The notes under the pieces: model-generated | The model's input: only the letters and a program-made list of their open reading frames with translations | Databases searched by the model: none | What the model was told of the DNA's origin: nothing | Made by a program: the position numbers and the translations under genes | Shown: one piece after another, positions 59,204-64,000 of the stretch | Numbering within the stretch: position 1 is the stretch's first letter | Layout: every line of letters starts with the position of its first letter | Assembly (NCBI GenBank): GCA_050018455.1 | Contig: JBEKAA010000013.1 | Coordinates: forward strand, 14-64,013 | DNA from: Thermoanaerobaculaceae bacterium | Lineage (GTDB): Bacteria > Acidobacteriota > Thermoanaerobaculia > Thermoanaerobaculales > Thermoanaerobaculaceae | DNA: 64,000 bases | Direction of reading: 5' to 3'

Positions 59204-59301
59204 AGCGGGCGGGGGCAAGCCCCGCCCCTACACCCGAAAGCGCAGGGGCATTCGCGCGGGAATCGCCTCTTCGTGTGTAGGGGCGGCCCTTGCGGCCGCC
59301 C
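59204..59301. repeat. Inverted pair of GTAG-hairpin (REP-like) units, REPIN/BIME-like
   Basis: Unit A (59207..59233) is GGGCGGGG-GCAAG-CCCCGCCC-CTACAC. The reverse complement of unit B (59275..59301) is GGGCGGCC-GCAAG-GGCCGCCC-CTACAC. 41-nt spacer. Lies in a convergent intergenic region. Confidence 0.6.
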
Positions 59302-59453
59302 TCGAATCGGATCTCACAGCGTGGAAGATCAGCTCGCCGACTCTGTCCTCCCGGCTGCCACTTCCATGGTCTAGGGTGCGCCTCGGCACATGAAGATTGC
59401 GAGTCTTGCTGAAGGTAGGGCGCAGCGACCGTGATCGTACCGTGCGGAAGATG

Positions 59454-60218
59454 TCAGAACCGGTACACGTCGCCCTGACGCAGCTCCTCGACCGGGTGAG
59501 GGAACCGCGTCGAGGCCAGCTCCTGCCGCAGTTCCCCCACGTACGCCGGCTTGAGGTGATAGAGGTACACGGGCACGTCTCGCTTGAGCTTCGCAAGCTC
59601 GGCCGAAAGCGTCGCCGGTGTCAGGTGGAGCGAGACGTCCGCAACGCTCTGCATCCGGTTCGGAAACGACACCTCGACGATGACCGCTCGTAGGGCCGCC
59701 GTGCGGTTGGCGACGTCCCAAACCTCCTGGGTCGGCCCCGTATCCGAGGTGAAGAGAACTGCTGCTCCTTCGTCTTCGACCAGGTATCCGTGGGTTGGGA
59801 CCGTGTGCCGGACCGGTACCGGGGTGAGCCGGAGCCCGTTGACGGCGAAGGTCGCCCGGGGCTCCACCTGGATCAGACGAAGCGCCGGGAGCATGTCATT
59901 CGGGATGCGCGTGAAGTCGGGCCAGGTGTCGTTGTTGAAGAGATGGAGCTTGACCGTGTGCATCACTTGCGGGGTGACGAGGATCTCGAGCGCCTCGCGC
60001 TGCTCGCCGAAGATGTTCTCGACGAGGAACGGGATTGACGCGGTATGGTCGAGATGCGAGTGCGTGAGCACGATGCGCCGGATCCGCCGTTGCGCGTCGA
60101 GGTCCAGAGCCTGTGTGATCGAGCCGGCGTCCAGAGCAAGCTCGCCGTTGATGAGAAACGACGTCATCCTGCAGGTCGGGCTGGACCCACCGAAGCTTCC
60201 CAGGACATGCCACTCCAT
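59454..60218 (-). CDS. Class-II 3',5'-cyclic-nucleotide phosphodiesterase-like MBL-fold hydrolase
   Basis: 254 aa with class-II PDE signature LTHSHLDHTASIPFLV. The ORF-track extension to 60779 was rejected. TATACT lies just upstream of the tandem ATGs at 60221 and 60218. Confidence 0.7.
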   Translation of the reverse strand: MEWHVLGSFGGSSPTCRMTSFLINGELALDAGSITQALDLDAQRRIRRIVLTHSHLDHTASIPFLVENIFGEQREALEILVTPQVMHTVKLHLFNNDTWPDFTRIPNDMLPALRLIQVEPRATFAVNGLRLTPVPVRHTVPTHGYLVEDEGAAVLFTSDTGPTQEVWDVANRTAALRAVIVEVSFPNRMQSVADVSLHLTPATLSAELAKLKRDVPVYLYHLKPAYVGELRQELASTRFPHPVEELRQGDVYRF

Positions 60219-60224
60219 CATCAA

Positions 60225-60230
60225 AGTATA
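60225..60230 (-). promoter_or_regulatory. -10 box TATACT, 6 nt from ATG 60218 (leaderless-type)
   Basis: The minus strand reads CTATACT TTG ATG ATG GAG. Confidence 0.35.
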
Positions 60231-60289
60231 GGTCCAAATCAGGCGCAAGTGTCCTGGTGAAGGCGCTGGGAGCCTGGGGCCGTCGCCAT

Positions 60290-60295
60290 TACAAT
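60290..60295 (+). promoter_or_regulatory. -10 box TACAAT, 8 nt from GTG 60304
   Basis: Reads CCATTACAAT TGCCCGGC GTG. Confidence 0.35.
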
Positions 60296-60303
60296 TGCCC
60301 GGC

Positions 60304-60951
60304 GTGACACCCGATCCGTTTCTGACCGTTCGGCCCTCGCCGCATGCCCTGGCTCTGGCCGGTGTCGATCTCCTCAATGCTTCCCCACCGGTCGTCCGCG
60401 TGGACGAAGCCGGGGAGATCGCCGTTGTGCTGAGCCGCTCGCGCGATCCCCGCCGCGAGGTCTTCCTCGAGCGCTGCGCGGACGATTCCGTTCCCGTCGT
60501 GGTGCGACCCTCGGGAGGCGGGGCCGTCGTCCTGGCGCCCGGGACGGTGGCGGCCTCGGTCGTCCTGCCGGCGGCTGCCGCGGAGCGATTCCCTGAGCCG
60601 CACTTCCGGCGGCTCTGCGGCGCCGTGGCCGCCGCGCTCTCGGGGTGCGGCGTGCGTGGGATCTCGATGCGCGGGGTGTCGGATCTCTGTCTTTCGGACC
60701 GCAAGATCGCGGGGAGCTCGCTGCGACTCTGGAGGGAGCGCCTACTGTTCCAGATCGCCGTCCTCGTGGATTCCGACACCGACCTTCTGGAGCGCTACCT
60801 GCGCCACCCGAGCCGGGAGCCCGAGTACCGGCGCGGACGATCGCACCGAGATTTCGTCACCTCGCTGCGCGCAGCCGGCTTTCGGCTCACCGCCGCCGAG
60901 GCATCCGCTGCGTTGCGAGCCCGCCTCGAGCGCGAGGCCGCAAGGTGTTGA
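60304..60951 (+). CDS. Lipoate/octanoyl-protein ligase-like protein (BPL/LplA/LipB catalytic domain only)
   Basis: VVRPSGGGAVVLAPG and DLCLSDRKIAGSSLRL (conserved Lys) motifs. The start could be TTG 60295 or GTG 60304. Confidence 0.6.
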   Translation: MTPDPFLTVRPSPHALALAGVDLLNASPPVVRVDEAGEIAVVLSRSRDPRREVFLERCADDSVPVVVRPSGGGAVVLAPGTVAASVVLPAAAAERFPEPHFRRLCGAVAAALSGCGVRGISMRGVSDLCLSDRKIAGSSLRLWRERLLFQIAVLVDSDTDLLERYLRHPSREPEYRRGRSHRDFVTSLRAAGFRLTAAEASAALRARLEREAARC

Positions 60952-61040
60952 AAGCGCGGCGGGCCTTGCCTCTCGCAGCCGCCAGCGTGTACCCTGCCAC
61001 GATTGAGGAACGCCGCGGGTCGACGTTCCGCCATGGTACC

Positions 61041-62438
61041 ATGCGCAAGAGAATCGCCCTCGCCAGTCTTCTCGCTCTGATGCTTCCGCTCCTCGCAGCG
61101 GCGATCACGGTGACCACGCCTGCCGGACCCAAGGAGGTCTTCGCTCGAGGTGACCTTCTCGACGTGGTTGCGCTGTTGCGGTTTGCGGGCGCGGACGTCC
61201 AGTTCGCGCCTGCGGCCGGCAGCTACGGCGCGATCACGCCCGAGCACCAGATCCAGTTCACGCCCGGAGGCGCCCTCGCGGTCGTCGACGGTCGGCTGAC
61301 GCCGTTGCCCGGGCCCCTTCGCTTCGTCGAGGGGCATGTGGTCGCGGCACAGCCCACGGTCGCCGCGTTGTTGGCTCCGCTCGGCTGGACGATGAGGGGT
61401 GGAGCCGGGGCGCCTGAGTTGATCCGGGCCGGCGCAGGCGAGCAGATCGAGGTCTCGGTCGTACGTGCGCCCACCGGGACCACGTTGGTGATCCGCGGGA
61501 CCAAGCAGCGGCCTCGGGTCGTGGCATCGCAAGGTTCCGTTGCCCTGGAGTTCGCGACCCCCGTGACCCTTTCCCGGCCGGTAACGGCCGATAGCGAGCT
61601 CCTCGGCGCGGAAGTGCGGGACACGACGCTGACCCTTCGGGTAGCCTCTGGGGTCGAGGTCGCCAGTACCTACCCTCTCGACGACCCGCCCCGCTTCGTC
61701 GTGCGGCTCGGCGCGACCACTGCCGTCGCGCCGGTGGCGGGGCCACGGACCGGCTCCCTGGTTGTCCTCGATCCCGGGCACGGCGGTGAAGACCAGGGCG
61801 CCAAGGGACCCGGAAACGAGCTCGAGAAGGATGTCACCGTTGCGGTTGCCCGCGCCACGGCGGCGCACCTGCAGGCCGCAGGCGTGACGACGAGGCTCAC
61901 CCGCGAAGGTGACGAGGCCGTGTCGCTCACCGACAGGACCGCCCTCGCGAATCGTCTGCAGGCGTCGGTGTTCGTCTCCATCCACGCCAACGCATCGCTG
62001 GCGAGGGGCGCGCACGGCGCGGAGACGTATTACATGAGCGCCGACGCGAGCGACCCGCAGGCTGCGCAAGCCGCCGCGCGCGAGAACGCCAGCGCCCCGC
62101 CGGACACCGTCCAGCTGATCCTGTGGGACCTCGCTCACGTCGCAAACCTCAACAACTCGGCGCGGCTCGCACGGACCATCCAGGAGAAGCTGAATGCGCT
62201 CCAGGGCATCAAGGACCGGGGGATCCGCCAGGCGCCGTTCGTGGTGCTGACCGGCGCAACCATGCCTGCGGCGCTCGTGGAGGTCGGGTTCCTCTCCAAC
62301 GCCGAGGAGGCCGCCAGGCTCGCGGCGCACGACGTGCAGGACCAGATCGCGACGGCGCTCGCAGAGGCAATCATCGATTTCCTGCGCGCGCCGGCGCCCG
62401 AGGCCGCCCCGACGGCGGCAGTCACGCCAACGCCATGA
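61041..62438 (+). CDS. N-acetylmuramoyl-L-alanine amidase (Amidase_3, AmiC-like)
   Basis: Signal peptide MRKRIALASLLALMLPLLAAA, an N-terminal beta domain, and the catalytic domain VVLDPGHGGEDQGA...SIHANAS...GAETYY. Confidence 0.85.
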   Translation: MRKRIALASLLALMLPLLAAAITVTTPAGPKEVFARGDLLDVVALLRFAGADVQFAPAAGSYGAITPEHQIQFTPGGALAVVDGRLTPLPGPLRFVEGHVVAAQPTVAALLAPLGWTMRGGAGAPELIRAGAGEQIEVSVVRAPTGTTLVIRGTKQRPRVVASQGSVALEFATPVTLSRPVTADSELLGAEVRDTTLTLRVASGVEVASTYPLDDPPRFVVRLGATTAVAPVAGPRTGSLVVLDPGHGGEDQGAKGPGNELEKDVTVAVARATAAHLQAAGVTTRLTREGDEAVSLTDRTALANRLQASVFVSIHANASLARGAHGAETYYMSADASDPQAAQAAARENASAPPDTVQLILWDLAHVANLNNSARLARTIQEKLNALQGIKDRGIRQAPFVVLTGATMPAALVEVGFLSNAEEAARLAAHDVQDQIATALAEAIIDFLRAPAPEAAPTAAVTPTP

Positions 62439-62983
62439 GGGCGCTGCGCCCGATCGCCGCGACACTGGCTGTCGTCGCCGTGCTGGCGGCCGTGGTTCTG
62501 CTGAGCCTCCGCCATCGGGCGCCGGCCCCCTCGCCCGCCGCCGAGCCTGCGGCCCCGACGGCGGTCCCGGGAAAGCTCGTCCTCTTCTTCCCTGGTGATG
62601 ACGCCCTGCTGCACCGCGAGGCGCGCGAGGTGCCCGAGCTCCCGGCGGGAGCCTTGCCGCGAATCCGGCTGGTGCTCGAGGAGTTGATGGCAGGCTCGCG
62701 CGAAGGGCTCGCGCCGGCGTTCCCGTGGCCGGCGAGCGTGCAAGCGGTATTCCTGGACCGCGAGGGCGACGCGTTCGTCGATCTCTCGACCCCGCCGCCC
62801 GACACTGCGAGCGGGAGCGACATCGAGATGACGCTCGTGTTCGCGACCGTCAACAGCGTGGTGGCGAACTGCCCGGGTGTGCGGCGCGTCCAGCTCATTT
62901 TCGGGGGGCACGAAGTCGCGACGCTCGGCCACCTCGACCTGTCGCGGCCGCTGGCGCCCAGAGTCGAGATGGTGGCGCCTTGA
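62435..62983 (+). CDS. GerMN-domain protein
   Basis: N-terminal TM anchor followed by LVLFFPGDD...VFLDREGDAFVDLS...VNSVVANCPGVRRVQLIFGGHEV. The start overlaps the amidase stop (ATGA). Confidence 0.7.
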   Translation: MRALRPIAATLAVVAVLAAVVLLSLRHRAPAPSPAAEPAAPTAVPGKLVLFFPGDDALLHREAREVPELPAGALPRIRLVLEELMAGSREGLAPAFPWPASVQAVFLDREGDAFVDLSTPPPDTASGSDIEMTLVFATVNSVVANCPGVRRVQLIFGGHEVATLGHLDLSRPLAPRVEMVAP

Positions 62984-63084
62984 GGGCGCTGCGCCGGATC
63001 GAGCGACTGCAAATCTCCCCTGTTCACAGTCAGGTGTTGTAGAAAGACGAGCCGGCGGCTAGTCTGGCTCGTGTTGGAGGTACC

Positions 63085-63864
63085 GTGGCAAACTCCTCGA
63101 CGCTTGATCGTCGTGACGGGCGGCGCGACGATGAACCCCGTCCCCTGCAGCTCACCCTCGATTTCGTGAAGTATCCGGAAGGGAGCGTGCTCGCGCGCGC
63201 CGGCGACACCGTCGTGGTGTGCAACGTGACGGTGGAAGGCCGCGTCCCGCCGTTCCTGCGCGACACCGGCGAGGGTTGGTTGACCTCCGAGTACGCGATG
63301 CTGCCGCGCGCCACCGAGGAGCGCAGCCCGCGAGAGTCCACCCGCGGCTCGATTTCGGGCCGCTCGGCCGAGATCCAGCGCCTGATCGGACGCTCGCTGC
63401 GCGCATCGCTCGACATGGGGTCGCTGGGCGAGCGCACGCTGGTTGTGGACTGCGACGTCCTGCAGGCCGACGGCGGGACCCGCACCACCGCGATCACCGG
63501 TGCTTTCGTCGCAGTCGTTCTCGCCCTGCTGCACCTCAAGGAGCAGAAGGCGCTGCCGGCGTGGCCGGTGCGTGACCAACTGGCGGCAGTCTCGGTCGGG
63601 ATCGTGGCGGGGCGGCCCCTGCTCGACCTCGCGTACGACGAGGACTCGCGGGCCGGCGTCGACCTCAACCTGATCGCGACGGCCCGCAAGGGGATCGTGG
63701 AAGTCCAGGGCACGGCCGAGCGAGAGCCGTTCTCGCGGAGAGACCTCGACCGCCTCCTCGACCTCGCCGAGACCGGCCTTGAGCGCGCGTTCGCCGCGCA
63801 GCGCTCCGTGCTCGACCACCGTCTCGAGAAAGCCGGCCTCAAATCGCTCGTCGCCGAAAAGTAG
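63085..63864 (+). CDS. rph: Ribonuclease PH
   Basis: RRDGRRDDEPRPL, GWLTSEYAMLPRAT and GRSAEIQRLIGRSLRA motifs. GTG start. Confidence 0.95.
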   Translation: MANSSTLDRRDGRRDDEPRPLQLTLDFVKYPEGSVLARAGDTVVVCNVTVEGRVPPFLRDTGEGWLTSEYAMLPRATEERSPRESTRGSISGRSAEIQRLIGRSLRASLDMGSLGERTLVVDCDVLQADGGTRTTAITGAFVAVVLALLHLKEQKALPAWPVRDQLAAVSVGIVAGRPLLDLAYDEDSRAGVDLNLIATARKGIVEVQGTAEREPFSRRDLDRLLDLAETGLERAFAAQRSVLDHRLEKAGLKSLVAEK

Positions 63865-63969
63865 CGGCCGCCCGCGAATCTGTCATCAAGAGCCCTGCGC
63901 GTTGGTATCATTGCTTAGAAAGTCCGTCGGCCTACTCGTCCGGGTTCGGAGTGACAACTCGGTGTCAGC

Positions 63970-64000
63970 AGCGGGCGGGGGCAAGCCCCGCCCCTACACA
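63970..64000. repeat. Third copy of the GTAG-hairpin (REP-like) unit, cut by the window end
   Basis: 63970..63999 is identical over 30 nt to 59204..59233 (AGCGGGCGGGGGCAAGCCCCGCCCCTACAC). Confidence 0.55.

Overview
High-GC (about 68-70 % by eye) bacterial chromosome segment spanning the replication-origin region. Thirteen consecutive minus-strand genes (two dtxR-like genes, a Cys-rich gene, feoB, fur, bactofilin, parB, parA, rsmG, yidC, yidD, rnpA, rpmH; 37.5-46.4 kb) meet nine consecutive plus-strand genes (dnaA, dnaN, recF, gyrB, gyrA, tal, pdxR-like, pdxS, pdxT; 46.5-59.1 kb). Three DnaA-box-like 9-mers and an AT-rich patch lie between dnaA and dnaN, and a near-consensus parS lies just upstream of parA. 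The left part carries a PrpD-like plus aconitase-like pair, a DAACS transporter, and a Bacillus-like dprA-topA-trmFO-xerC-hslVU chain interrupted by opposite-strand genes. It also carries an OPT transporter and an envelope-glycan cluster (two GT-C-type membrane proteins, GT2, GT4, a polyprenyl-phosphate sugar transferase) wrapped around serS. The right end has a class-II phosphodiesterase, a lipoate-ligase-like gene, an amidase, a GerMN protein and rph. I found no rRNA, tRNA, CRISPR array, transposase or phage genes. Most of the window is core housekeeping, and I see no clear novel multi-gene system. The non-obvious signals are mostly non-coding. They include an inverted array of ACAGT-type heptads, GTAG-hairpin (REP/REPIN-like) repeats with compensatory stem changes, and a 75-nt hairpin element. 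Also notable are recurrent -10 boxes placed 5-10 nt from start codons (leaderless-type), two genes that seem to need CTG starts, and a feoB operon lacking stand-alone feoA but carrying two DtxR paralogues and a Cys-rich mini-protein. All functions come from motif recognition and synteny by eye. No database search was run, and many start codons were re-assigned from the ORF track and remain provisional.
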